DNA of 64,000 bases from a bacterium. GTDB taxonomy: Bacteria; UBA10199; 2-02-FULL-50-16; JAJFLM01. This document shows positions 41,292-50,964 of this stretch, piece by piece. Under the pieces are notes generated by a model that saw only the letters and a program-made list of their open reading frames with translations, searched no databases and had not been told where the DNA came from. The translations under genes were made by a program, and so were the position numbers. The stretch spans positions 768,001-832,000 of the forward strand of contig CBDCFN010000016.1 in assembly GCA_965216315.1 (NCBI GenBank), in the 5' to 3' direction. Numbering within the stretch: the stretch's first letter is position 1; each line of letters opens with the position of its first letter.

Positions 41292-41852
41292 ATGAGTATA
41301 GACGATATTTTAACCAAAGCTCACTCGAAAATGGAAAGCATACTCGGTGGCGTTCAAAAAGATTTTACGCGCATTCGTACAGGTAAAGCCTCGATAGATT
41401 TATTGGATCATTGTGTTGTTTCTGCCTATGGGAGTGACATGCCGCTTAATCAAGTGGCAACGCTTTCTGTTCCAGAGCCGCGAACGATAGTTATCGCGCC
41501 TTGGGATAAGAGTACGATCCCTGCCATTGAAAAATCCATTCAGTCTTCTGATCTTGGTCTGACTCCCAGCAACGATGGGAAAGTTGTTCGGATTAATTTG
41601 CCCCCATTGAGCGAGGAGCGGCGCAAAGAGCTTGTTAAGGTCGCACGCAATGCCGCGGAAGAAGGGCGTGTCCATGTAAGAAATGTGCGTCGCGATGCAA
41701 ATGAGCACCTTAAGAAGTCTCAAAAAGATAGCGAAATCAGCGAGGATGAGCTGAAACGCGCCGAAGTTGAAGTTCAAAAACTGACCGATGAGTTTATCAA
41801 GAAAATAGATGAATCTCTGAGCCGTAAAGAGACCGAAACTCTCGAAGTTTAA
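41292..41852 (+). CDS. frr: Ribosome recycling factor
   Basis: IRTGKA, PPLSEERRKELVK. Confidence 0.97.
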   Translation: MSIDDILTKAHSKMESILGGVQKDFTRIRTGKASIDLLDHCVVSAYGSDMPLNQVATLSVPEPRTIVIAPWDKSTIPAIEKSIQSSDLGLTPSNDGKVVRINLPPLSEERRKELVKVARNAAEEGRVHVRNVRRDANEHLKKSQKDSEISEDELKRAEVEVQKLTDEFIKKIDESLSRKETETLEV

Positions 41853-41868
41853 TGGCAAGTCTTGCGCA

Positions 41869-42600
41869 ATGAACTTAGATCCCAAAAAATTACCCAAGCA
41901 CATTGCTATCATCATGGACGGCAACGGGCGTTGGGCACGTGCACGTAACCTTCCCCGCGTTGAGGGGCATCGCCGTGGTAGCGAAACAGTTGAAGAGATT
42001 ATCGAAGCGTGTCGTGAAATAGGGGTTCCCTACCTTACGCTCTATGCGTTTTCGATGGAGAATTGGGCGCGACCTAAGGAAGAGGTTGATGCCCTGATGT
42101 CATTGTTGAAGGAGTTCCTCAAGATTAAGCGAAAAAAGCTGATAGCGAATGAGATCCGTCTTGAGACGATAGGGGATACAACACGTTTGCCGGGGGATGT
42201 TCTTGAGGTCCTCAATGAAACGAAACAGCAAACGGCACATCTTGATAAAATGACTCTCTGTCTTGCACTGAGTTATGGCGCACGTGATGAGATTGTCCGT
42301 ACAGTCAGAAAAATTGTTGCCGATTGCCAGGCTGGTGAATTAAAGGCCGAAGATATTACGGCAGAACTTGTGAATAAGAAACTGGACACCTGTTCCTTGC
42401 CTGACCCGGATTTATTGATTCGAACCAGTGGAGAGTCGCGGACAAGTAACTTTCTCTTGTGGCAGACGGCCTATTCCGAATTCATCTTTACCGAAACGCT
42501 GTGGCCCGATTTTCATCGGGAGAATCTGATGGATATGTTGCTCGAATATCAACAGCGTGAACGCCGCTTTGGCCAAACCTCCGATCAGTTAGAGAAATGA
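41869..42600 (+). CDS. uppS: Undecaprenyl diphosphate synthase
   Basis: IIMDGNGRWA, FSMENW, IRTSGE. Confidence 0.97.
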   Translation: MNLDPKKLPKHIAIIMDGNGRWARARNLPRVEGHRRGSETVEEIIEACREIGVPYLTLYAFSMENWARPKEEVDALMSLLKEFLKIKRKKLIANEIRLETIGDTTRLPGDVLEVLNETKQQTAHLDKMTLCLALSYGARDEIVRTVRKIVADCQAGELKAEDITAELVNKKLDTCSLPDPDLLIRTSGESRTSNFLLWQTAYSEFIFTETLWPDFHRENLMDMLLEYQQRERRFGQTSDQLEK

Positions 42601-43403
42601 TAAGGCGAATACTGACTTCATTGGCGATGGCTCCACTGCTCATTGGCGCCATTATTTACCCAAACCCCTTCCTGTTTCAGTTGCTTTGTTGGCTCTGTCT
42701 GGGCGTTGCGTTGCTGGAGTACTTTAATCTCACTTGGTCTAAATACCCTCTGTGGCAAAGATATTTCGGAGCCCTCTTGGGTATGGTGTGTTCCGCTCTT
42801 TGGATCATGGGCGTGAATCAGTACATCTCGGGCGTGACACTGACGTCGCTGCTTGTCGGGATTGCTTTTCTTTTCTTTGTATTTCAAGGGCAGTCGGAAG
42901 AGGCGCATAATCGCTTGGGGCATCTCGTCTTTGGCGTTCTTTATGTTGCGGGGCTTGGGACTCATGTGGCGCTCATGCGCGGACTTGATCACGGGGTGTT
43001 TTGGATTTTTGTAACGCTCGCGGCGACGTGGTTGAATGATACCGGTGCTTACTTTGCGGGTCATAAATGGGGCCGGCACCGCTTGGCTCCGGCCATAAGT
43101 CCGGGAAAAACTTGGGAAGGCTGGGTGGGCGGCATTCTCGGCTCGGCGGCAGGGGTCTATGCCTTATGGTATTTGCTGCCAAACCCATTCACGGCGCAGC
43201 AGTTAGCCGTGCTGATTCCCCTGGCCGCTATTTTTGGCCCCTTAGGGGATCTTTCAGAATCTTTGTTGAAGCGATCGACCGGTTTCAAGGACTCGGGACA
43301 TGTGATTCCAGGCCACGGCGGCATGCTGGATCGTATTGACGCTTTACTTTTCGTAGCGCCGTTGTTCTATTATTACGCTCTTTATTTATCCCGCCCCGTG
43401 TAA
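42597..43403 (+). CDS. cdsA: Phosphatidate cytidylyltransferase
   Basis: SPGKTWEG, KDSG..IPGHGGMLDRID. Confidence 0.96.
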   Translation: MIRRILTSLAMAPLLIGAIIYPNPFLFQLLCWLCLGVALLEYFNLTWSKYPLWQRYFGALLGMVCSALWIMGVNQYISGVTLTSLLVGIAFLFFVFQGQSEEAHNRLGHLVFGVLYVAGLGTHVALMRGLDHGVFWIFVTLAATWLNDTGAYFAGHKWGRHRLAPAISPGKTWEGWVGGILGSAAGVYALWYLLPNPFTAQQLAVLIPLAAIFGPLGDLSESLLKRSTGFKDSGHVIPGHGGMLDRIDALLFVAPLFYYYALYLSRPV

Positions 43404-43432
43404 AAGCGGGAGTTCGGGAGGATTTAAGTTGT

Positions 43433-44596
43433 ATGAGTAAAAAAATTTCCATACTTGGCAGTACCGGTTCTATTGGCGTTTCAACGCTTGATGTTATTGC
43501 GCGTCATCCGGGTCGTTTCGATGTGGTCGGGTTGGCAGCGGGACGCAATATCGATCTATTGGCACAGCAGGTCATAGCGTTCCAGCCGCAGAAAGTCTCG
43601 GTGTCTGCTGCTGAAGATAAACAGGCGTTGCAAGATCGCTGCGTTGGTTGGTCAGGGGATATCCTGGTAGGAGAAGCGGGTGCTGCCGAAGTCGCTGTCG
43701 AGGTGGAAGCTGATTTAGTTGTTTCGGCGATCGTCGGCGCCGCCGGTTTGGTCCCGACTCACAAAAGTCTGCAGGCTGGAATTGACGTGGCTCTCGCTAA
43801 TAAGGAGAGTCTTGTCATTGCGGGTAAGGTGATGACGGCAGCTGCGCAACAAAATGGAGCGAAGTTTTTTCCTATTGATAGCGAGCATAGTGCCATTTTC
43901 CAGTCTCTTGCTGGCAACGACCCTAAGACGGTTCGTCGTGTCGGGTTGACGGCATCGGGCGGTCCGTTTCGGCTGACCCCTAAGCAGGATTTTGAAAAAG
44001 TGACGCTTGAGCAGGCACTCAAGCACCCTAATTGGTCTATGGGCAATAAAATCACAATTGATAGTGCGACCATGATGAACAAAGGCTTGGAGTTAATTGA
44101 GGCGACGTGGCTCTTCAATTATCCGCCGGAGATGATTGAAATTCTGATCCATCCACAGAGCATCGTGCATTCGATGGTCGAATACGTTGATGGTTCGGTG
44201 ATTGCACAACTCGGCGTTCCTGATATGCGCTGTTGTATTGGCTACGCTTTGGCCTATCCTGATCGTGTTGAGACCGGTGTGGATCGGCTTAATTTATTTG
44301 AAGTGAGGGATCTGAATTTTTACGAGCCGGATTATGATAAGTTTTCCACTTTGATGCTGGCCCGTGAGGCTGCCAAACGAGGTGAGTCCTATTTTGCAGT
44401 TCTTAATGCAGCTAATGAGGTGGCCGTTGAAGCTTTTTTAAAGAAGAAGATAAAATTTTCGGATATCTTTCGCCTGCTTCAGTCAACTTTTGACCGGCAC
44501 AAGCCGTTCGTCATTAATTCGATTGCTGATGTTCTCGAAGCTGATCGGTGGGCCCGCGAGGAAACGAGGAGTGCCTTAGCAAAGGTAGCAGCGTGA
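43433..44596 (+). CDS. dxr: DXP reductoisomerase
   Basis: LGSTGSIG, LANKE, PIDSEH, HPNWSMG. Confidence 0.97.
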   Translation: MSKKISILGSTGSIGVSTLDVIARHPGRFDVVGLAAGRNIDLLAQQVIAFQPQKVSVSAAEDKQALQDRCVGWSGDILVGEAGAAEVAVEVEADLVVSAIVGAAGLVPTHKSLQAGIDVALANKESLVIAGKVMTAAAQQNGAKFFPIDSEHSAIFQSLAGNDPKTVRRVGLTASGGPFRLTPKQDFEKVTLEQALKHPNWSMGNKITIDSATMMNKGLELIEATWLFNYPPEMIEILIHPQSIVHSMVEYVDGSVIAQLGVPDMRCCIGYALAYPDRVETGVDRLNLFEVRDLNFYEPDYDKFSTLMLAREAAKRGESYFAVLNAANEVAVEAFLKKKIKFSDIFRLLQSTFDRHKPFVINSIADVLEADRWAREETRSALAKVAA

Positions 44597-44600
44597 TCCT

Positions 44601-45962
44601 ATGAGTATATTATATTTTATTATCGCCTTAGGCGTGCTGATTTTCATCCATGAGTTAGGCCATTTTATTATGGCAAAGCGTGCCGGTGTCCGCGTTGAAA
44701 CCTTTTCGCTGGGCTTTGGTCCGCGCCTCATTGGGTTTCGGAAGGGTGAAACACTTTACAAGATCTCAGCATTGCCGCTGGGTGGCTATGTTAAGTTGAC
44801 GGGTGAGGATCCGGCATCGGAAGAGGCGTCGCACCCCAAGTCATTTGCGGGCAAAAGTATTTCAGCACGACTCGGTGTCGTTGCAGCGGGCCCGATCATG
44901 AATCTTGTCTTGGCGGCTTTAATAATGCCGCTTGTATTTATGTTGGGCCGACCCGTTCCGGCCTACTTAGATAAATCACCCGTCGTGACGGGGTTGTTGC
45001 CTGATTCTCCGGCGGCTGAGGCGGGTCTTTTGCCCGGCGATAAAATCATTTCCGTGGGTGGCGAATCGGCTGAGACCTGGGGAGATTTAATCCGCATCGT
45101 CCTGTTGCGACCAAACTCGGAGGCTGTGCTCAAGTGGGAACGCGACGGAGCCGTGCTCGAAGAGACGGTCATGATCCAGACGACGGGTAAGGGGCAGCAA
45201 GCTTATTTGGGAATCGAGCCATCAAGGCTCGCTCTCGAGTCAACACGGATTGATGACGTGGCGTCGAAGGGAGCTGCCGCGCAGGCGGGTCTTCAGGCGG
45301 GAGACCAAATCACCTCAATTAACGGCGAAGCTGTTGCGACCTGGAGTCAGATGTCGGCAAAAGTGCAGGCGAGCGAAGGTAAGCCGCTTACCGTTGAGGT
45401 TGAACGTAATGGCAATAAGGTAACGGCTACTTTGACGCCGGCTTGGGACGAGGGGCTCGATCGATATTTGTTGGGGGTTCAGAAGAGCGGTGCCATTCCG
45501 GATGGAGAAGTCATCATTAAGAAGTTCCCTTTTTGGCAGGCGATTGTAGAGGGAACTAAAGAGAATGTGCGGTTGGCCGGCTTGACCTTTCAGGTGGTGG
45601 GCCGTCTGGTTACCTTTCAGCTTTCTTATAAGTCATTAGGTGGGCCGCTCCGAATTGCTCAGGCATCAGCTGCTGCAGCCCGTTCAGGTGTAGCGGATTT
45701 CCTTTTCTTTATGGCATTTCTCAGTATGCAGCTCGGGGTGCTGAATCTGTTGCCGATTCCCGTGCTGGATGGGGGGCACCTCCTCTTCTTAGGAATCGAA
45801 GCGATACGTCGCAAGCCTGTCAGTCAACGTGTCCAAGGGATTGCCATTCAGCTGGGGCTTTTTCTTCTGCTCTCAGTGATGTTGATCGTGACCGTCAATG
45901 ACATTGATGTCATTTGGGACTGGTCAGCACTTCTTGATAAGCTGAAGTCGGTTTTTTCTTAA
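44601..45962 (+). CDS. rseP: RIP metalloprotease RseP
   Basis: HELGH, two PDZ domains, NLLPIPVLDGG. Confidence 0.96.
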   Translation: MSILYFIIALGVLIFIHELGHFIMAKRAGVRVETFSLGFGPRLIGFRKGETLYKISALPLGGYVKLTGEDPASEEASHPKSFAGKSISARLGVVAAGPIMNLVLAALIMPLVFMLGRPVPAYLDKSPVVTGLLPDSPAAEAGLLPGDKIISVGGESAETWGDLIRIVLLRPNSEAVLKWERDGAVLEETVMIQTTGKGQQAYLGIEPSRLALESTRIDDVASKGAAAQAGLQAGDQITSINGEAVATWSQMSAKVQASEGKPLTVEVERNGNKVTATLTPAWDEGLDRYLLGVQKSGAIPDGEVIIKKFPFWQAIVEGTKENVRLAGLTFQVVGRLVTFQLSYKSLGGPLRIAQASAAAARSGVADFLFFMAFLSMQLGVLNLLPIPVLDGGHLLFLGIEAIRRKPVSQRVQGIAIQLGLFLLLSVMLIVTVNDIDVIWDWSALLDKLKSVFS

Positions 45963-45972
45963 GCAGTCAAAC

Positions 45973-46272
45973 TTATATGCTCACGCATTGAGCTGCTTTC
46001 CCGTCCGCCGTCATCTTACATGTCTGGCCTTCAGGGCAGGTTTTGTGTACTTGGTATTTGTACTTGCTGTACGAGGAGCAAAAGAGCGTCTTATTTCCTT
46101 CACAAGCGAGTTTGCCTTCCATCGGCCCGATTCCTTCGCATGAAGAACCAACGGTGATTTTTCCGCTGCTACCAGTAGCTTCAGCCTTGTCTCCACCATC
46201 GGAGCACGCTATAAAGCCGACTAAAGAAATAACCAGTGCGAGTTGGATTGAGAATAAAGTGGCTTGTTTCAT
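45973..46272 (-). CDS. Small Cys-rich lipoprotein
   Basis: Lipobox FIAC, six further Cys, GGAGG RBS. Confidence 0.7.
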   Translation of the reverse strand: MKQATLFSIQLALVISLVGFIACSDGGDKAEATGSSGKITVGSSCEGIGPMEGKLACEGNKTLFCSSYSKYKYQVHKTCPEGQTCKMTADGKAAQCVSI

Positions 46273-46377
46273 TGATCCCTCCAGGAAGTTAGATGGGCGT
46301 TACAAGATCGAGGGAGTAGATCATTGTGTTGAGACGATGTCAATTTATGCGTATTTATCTGTAACCTGGCGGATGCA

Positions 46378-47016
46378 ATGAAGTTATTGGCGATCGAAAC
46401 AAGTTCCGCGAATGGTGGAATTGCCTTATTGGATGGCGAAAACGTCATGGGCGAACGGCCGTTGCAGCTCTCAAGGACGGCATCGACGCTCTTGTTGCCA
46501 GCGATTTCGGAGTTGTTCGAGACCGTCGCGTGGCCGCTCGCATCACTGGATGCAATCGCGGTCAGTATTGGCCCCGGTTCATTCACCGGCGTCCGGATTG
46601 GGGTGGCCACCGCTCAGGGTTTGGCGTCGGCCGCGGGATTGGGTGTTTACGGGGTGCCTTCATTACTTGCTTTGGCCGCGCAGGCGACAACGGAAGACCC
46701 GCGAATTGCCGTCGTGAAGTCGGCGCCGGCCGGAGAATTTTTCTTCACCGCGTATGAAGGTGGGTCAATGCAACCCGCAGTCCTTGCCGCGGAAGGGCGC
46801 TACCAACCAAGCTATATCCTTGAAATGATTGAAAAAATATCCCCACTCCATGTTGTGTGCGAGGGAGGTGGTTTTGAGGGATTAGTGGCCGAGGAGGTTG
46901 GGGCGCGTGCCAGCGCGCTGGGTCGCGTGGCGCAGGGCATGGGGCCGGAAGCTCTGTGCCCGGCAGGAGTGAGTCTGGAGGTTCGTCATTACGCCCCCGA
47001 GTATCGTCAGATTTGA
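46378..47016 (+). CDS. tsaB: t6A biosynthesis protein TsaB
   Basis: LAIETS, GPGSFTGVRIG. Confidence 0.93.
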   Translation: MKLLAIETSSANGGIALLDGENVMGERPLQLSRTASTLLLPAISELFETVAWPLASLDAIAVSIGPGSFTGVRIGVATAQGLASAAGLGVYGVPSLLALAAQATTEDPRIAVVKSAPAGEFFFTAYEGGSMQPAVLAAEGRYQPSYILEMIEKISPLHVVCEGGGFEGLVAEEVGARASALGRVAQGMGPEALCPAGVSLEVRHYAPEYRQI

Positions 47017-47032
47017 AATTGGCCATAGGCCC

Positions 47033-47060
47033 TTGACATGAAAGGGTTTTTCGCTATCAT
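47033..47060 (+). promoter_or_regulatory. sigma70-type promoter of the ilv-leu operon
   Basis: TTGACA-N16-TATCAT. Confidence 0.65.
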
Positions 47061-47069
47061 GTTCCGATA

Positions 47070-47141
47070 ATGACACAACGAGTCCTTACACACCTTCGAG
47101 TTACCGTGCCCCTCCTTCGCGGGAGGCCATCGGCACCGTAG
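47070..47141 (+). CDS. Putative ilv-leu attenuator leader peptide MTQRVLTHLRVTVPLLRGRPSAP
   Basis: 23 codons including 3 Val, 4 Leu and 3 Thr; lies between the promoter and a terminator upstream of ilvB. Confidence 0.75.
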   Translation: MTQRVLTHLRVTVPLLRGRPSAP

Positions 47142-47172
47142 TGTTTAAGGATCATTTTTGTAAAACCTTAAA

Positions 47173-47212
47173 GGCCGCGGGCTGATCATGATGAGAAGCC
47201 GCGGCTGTTTTT
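47173..47212 (+). terminator. Attenuator terminator hairpin
   Basis: GGCCGCGGGCT...AGCCGCGGCT followed by GTTTTT. Confidence 0.75.
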
Positions 47213-47228
47213 GTATATAGAGGTTAGG

Positions 47229-48935
47229 ATGGAATTAACCGGCGCCCAAATATTTGTGAAGACACTTCAGGATTTAAATGTGGATACCGTATTTGGTTAT
47301 CCGGGTGGAGTGGTCTTATTTATCTATGACGAAATTTATAAGCAGGATCAGTTTAAGCATATTCTGGTCCGCCATGAACAGGCCGCTGTCCACATGGCGG
47401 ATGGTTATGCCAAGGTAACGGGTAAGCCGGGAGTGGCGTTAGTGACTTCAGGGCCAGGAGCAACGAATACCGTAACCGGATTGGCGACGGCCTATATGGA
47501 TTCTGTGCCGATGGTTTGTTTTACAGGGCAGGTACCGGTCGCCATGATTGGTAATGATGCTTTCCAGGAGGCGGATGTCATTGGCATTACGCGGCCTTGC
47601 ACAAAGCACAACTTCTTAGTCAAAGACGTCGCCGATTTAGAGCGTATTATCCATGAGGCCTTTTATATAGCGAGCACCGGTCGTCCCGGTCCGGTTGTTG
47701 TTGATATTCCAAAAGATGTCACGACCAATATGGCGGAATATAAAGGCATTAAGTCTGTATCTATGCGTGGGTATAAACCGGATCGGCTGAAGCCGGAGCC
47801 GGGTCCGGTAGCTCAAGCGATCGAAATGATTTTTAAGGCACGCAAGCCGGTGTTGTATGTTGGGGGCGGAATAGTCGCTGCGGGAGCCGAAAAAGAGCTG
47901 CGTGCACTAGCGGATAAACTACAGATTCCCGTAGGAATTACATTGATGGGTTTGGGCGGATTTCCGGGGGCGCATCCGCTTTCGATGGGAATGTTGGGGA
48001 TGCATGGCGGCTATTGGTCCAATATGGCGATGAGTGAATCGGATTTGCTTATCGCGTTGGGTCCGCGTTTTGATGATCGTGTTACCGGTAAGCTGGATCA
48101 ATTCTCACCGAATTCCAAGCGAATTCACTTGGATATTGATGCGACATCCATCGGTAAGAACGTGGCCGTGGATTGCGGTATTGTGGGTGATGCCAGGTAT
48201 GTGATTCAGATGATGCTGGACAATCTGGAGAAACAGCCGCCGGAACGAATTGAGGCCTACGTTAATGAATTGGCGCCGTGGCGTGACCAGATCAACCAGT
48301 GGCGCGCGGATCACCCCATCAGTTATGAGCAGGACCCCGAGGGTGACATATTGCCGCAGTATGTGATCGACAAGATTGCAGAGCTGACGGATGGCAATGC
48401 GATCATTACGACTGATGTGGGCCAGCATCAGATGTGGGCCGCCCAGTTCTATCCGTTTAATCAGCCGCGTCGTTGGTGTACGTCAGGTGGATTGGGTACA
48501 ATGGGTTACGGATTTCCGGCGGCGATCGGCGCCCAATTTCCTTGCCCCGATGAAACGGTTATCTGTATCTCAGGGGATGGAAGCATCATGATGAATATTC
48601 AAGAGATTGCGACCGCCGTTCAGTACGATACACCGGTCATTGTCGCGATCCTTAATAACTCCTATTTGGGAATGGTGAGGCAGTGGCAGCAATTCTTTTA
48701 TGATAAGCGCTATTCGGAATCGAGTATGGCGCCGTTGCCCGATTTTGTTAAATTGGCTGAGAGTTTTGGGGCGGTCGGATTTATGGTCGACAAGGTTAAA
48801 GATGTTGAGCCGGTACTTAAGCAAGCTATCGAAGTACGTAAGCCCTGCATCATCGACTTTCGCGTCTCTCCTGAGGAGAACGTGTTTCCGATGATACCGG
48901 CGGGTAAAGGCCATCACGAAATGTTGTTAGCATAA
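47229..48935 (+). CDS. ilvB: Acetolactate synthase large subunit
   Basis: FGYPGG, RHEQ, TSGPGATN, GDGS, GMVRQWQ. Confidence 0.97.
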   Translation: MELTGAQIFVKTLQDLNVDTVFGYPGGVVLFIYDEIYKQDQFKHILVRHEQAAVHMADGYAKVTGKPGVALVTSGPGATNTVTGLATAYMDSVPMVCFTGQVPVAMIGNDAFQEADVIGITRPCTKHNFLVKDVADLERIIHEAFYIASTGRPGPVVVDIPKDVTTNMAEYKGIKSVSMRGYKPDRLKPEPGPVAQAIEMIFKARKPVLYVGGGIVAAGAEKELRALADKLQIPVGITLMGLGGFPGAHPLSMGMLGMHGGYWSNMAMSESDLLIALGPRFDDRVTGKLDQFSPNSKRIHLDIDATSIGKNVAVDCGIVGDARYVIQMMLDNLEKQPPERIEAYVNELAPWRDQINQWRADHPISYEQDPEGDILPQYVIDKIAELTDGNAIITTDVGQHQMWAAQFYPFNQPRRWCTSGGLGTMGYGFPAAIGAQFPCPDETVICISGDGSIMMNIQEIATAVQYDTPVIVAILNNSYLGMVRQWQQFFYDKRYSESSMAPLPDFVKLAESFGAVGFMVDKVKDVEPVLKQAIEVRKPCIIDFRVSPEENVFPMIPAGKGHHEMLLA

Positions 48936-48945
48936 GGTTAAAACG

Positions 48946-49452
48946 ATGAGCGAATTAGTACGACATACAATATCTGTTTTGGTAGAGAACGAGTTTGGGG
49001 TTCTGGTCCGGGTGGCTGGTCTGTTTTCAGGGCGAGGTTATAATATTGATAGTCTCACGGTTTCACCGACCTTAGATCAATCCGTTTCCAGAATGACAAT
49101 TGTGACGGCAGGAAATGAACAAATTGTCGAACAAATTTTGAAGCAGCTGAACCGATTGATAAACGTGATTAAGGTAGAAGACCTGACGGACGGATCGTTC
49201 CTGGAACGAGAATTGATTTTAGTCAAGGTGCGACGTGAAGAGTCAACGCATGGAGAATTGTTGCAGGTCGTCGAATTGTTTGGGGGCCGCATTGTTGGCG
49301 ATGAAGAGTCGACTTATATGTTAGAATTTACTGGAGATGAAAAAGCCTTAGAGCAGATACTCGATAAGCTGAGGCCTTTTGGAATATTAGAGTTTGTTAG
49401 CTCAGGAAGTATTGCGATTGGGCGGGGAACTCATACTCTTGAGGAGTCTTAG
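48946..49452 (+). CDS. ilvN: Acetolactate synthase small subunit
   Basis: ACT domain, LFSGRGYNIDSL. Confidence 0.96.
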   Translation: MSELVRHTISVLVENEFGVLVRVAGLFSGRGYNIDSLTVSPTLDQSVSRMTIVTAGNEQIVEQILKQLNRLINVIKVEDLTDGSFLERELILVKVRREESTHGELLQVVELFGGRIVGDEESTYMLEFTGDEKALEQILDKLRPFGILEFVSSGSIAIGRGTHTLEES

Positions 49453-50100
49453 ATGGCTGAATCAGTAAGAGTGCCTATTGCGCGGGAAGGATACCCCTTT
49501 ATAGGGATTGCCGCCTTTTTAGCCGTGACGAGCTGGGCCGTCGGTTGGGAGCGGATCGCCGCGATTTTTTTCGTACTTACGGTGTTTGTGATTAGTTTTT
49601 TTCGTGACCCGGATCGAAAGATTGTTGCGGAAGATGGCGATGTCCTGTCTCCGGCGGATGGGCGAGTTTTGAATGTGGAAACGATAAAAAAGAGTCCCTA
49701 TAATGATACGCCTTGCCAAAAAATTGTCATATTTATGTCCGTATTCAATGCGCACATAAATCGCATACCATTTTCGGGCACAGTACGCTCGATTCGGTAT
49801 GCGCCAGGGCGTTTTCTGATGGGTTTTTCTGAGAAAGCGTCATTGGAAAATGAACAGAATGCCGTACGCATCGAGGATGAAAAGGGGAGGGCTCTTACCA
49901 TGGTGCAGATAGCGGGGCTCGTGGCTCGGCGAATCATCTGTTATCTGGAAGAGAATGCTAAAGTTCGTGTCGGGGAGCGGTTTGGCCTGATTCGTTTCGG
50001 GTCACGCGTTGATGTCTATTTGCCTGAGGACGCTGAGGTATTGGTGGTTCCGGGTGATCGCGTCAAGGCGGGTTTAAATAAAATCGCTCGCATGAATTAA
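49453..50100 (+). CDS. psd: Phosphatidylserine decarboxylase
   Basis: FFRDP, SPADG, RFGSRVD. Confidence 0.95.
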   Translation: MAESVRVPIAREGYPFIGIAAFLAVTSWAVGWERIAAIFFVLTVFVISFFRDPDRKIVAEDGDVLSPADGRVLNVETIKKSPYNDTPCQKIVIFMSVFNAHINRIPFSGTVRSIRYAPGRFLMGFSEKASLENEQNAVRIEDEKGRALTMVQIAGLVARRIICYLEENAKVRVGERFGLIRFGSRVDVYLPEDAEVLVVPGDRVKAGLNKIARMN

Positions 50101-50113
50101 TGAGGAACGTAAT

Positions 50114-50947
50114 ATGAAAAAACGTGTCGGGGAGTTGAAAAAGATTTATCTATTGCCAAATCTTGTAACAACCTGTTGCCTTTTTGCAGGTTCCTTTTCG
50201 ATCATGCAGTCATTGGACGGTGATTTTACGGCGGCTGCTTGGGCGATACTGATTGCTTCGGTCTTTGATTCTCTAGATGGGCGTTTAGCCCGCTTGACAG
50301 GGAGTGAGAGCTCTTTTGGCGTTCAGTATGATTCACTGTCTGATTTGACGAGTTTTGGTGTGGCGCCGGCTATCCTGGTTTATAGTTGGACACTGCAAAA
50401 CTTTTCCCGACTGGGCATTGCCGTAGCATTTCTATATGTCGCCTGCGCGGCACTGCGATTGGCGCGATATAATGTTCAAATATCTCGGGTCGAAAAAAGC
50501 TCTTTTCAAGGGCTTCCCGTTCCTGCAGCGGCCTGTATGTTGGGCACTATGGTAATTTTTTATAATCATATTTATGGGCCGATTCGCGTAGAAAGCTATT
50601 TGTGTATGGCGGTGACTTTTATTTTAGCCGCCTTAATGGTGTCGAGTTTTCGCTACCCGTCATTTAAAGGGATAGATTTTCGGAGTCGTCGCTCATTCCA
50701 TTACTTAGTGTGGGGAGTAGGCCTGATTGTTGTAATAGCGTTAGAGCCGCGGATTACTTTATTTTTACTTGCCGTTATTTATGTAGCTTATGGTTTATTT
50801 GAGCGAGTCATCTTCATGCATAGAAAATCGATGGCACGACAAGCGGTTGAAGTGGCAACGCGGGCTAAAAAGAAGTCAGGTAATGTTCAAGTGCTGCAAA
50901 TAAATCGCGAAGTTAACTCAAAAGTGGATAGCAATGAGCAGCCTTAA
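50114..50947 (+). CDS. pssA: CDP-diacylglycerol--serine O-phosphatidyltransferase
   Basis: DSLDGRLAR...G..YDSLSD, RLARYN. Confidence 0.95.
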   Translation: MKKRVGELKKIYLLPNLVTTCCLFAGSFSIMQSLDGDFTAAAWAILIASVFDSLDGRLARLTGSESSFGVQYDSLSDLTSFGVAPAILVYSWTLQNFSRLGIAVAFLYVACAALRLARYNVQISRVEKSSFQGLPVPAAACMLGTMVIFYNHIYGPIRVESYLCMAVTFILAALMVSSFRYPSFKGIDFRSRRSFHYLVWGVGLIVVIALEPRITLFLLAVIYVAYGLFERVIFMHRKSMARQAVEVATRAKKKSGNVQVLQINREVNSKVDSNEQP

Positions 50948-50964
50948 TTGATGAAGTCGTTGAT

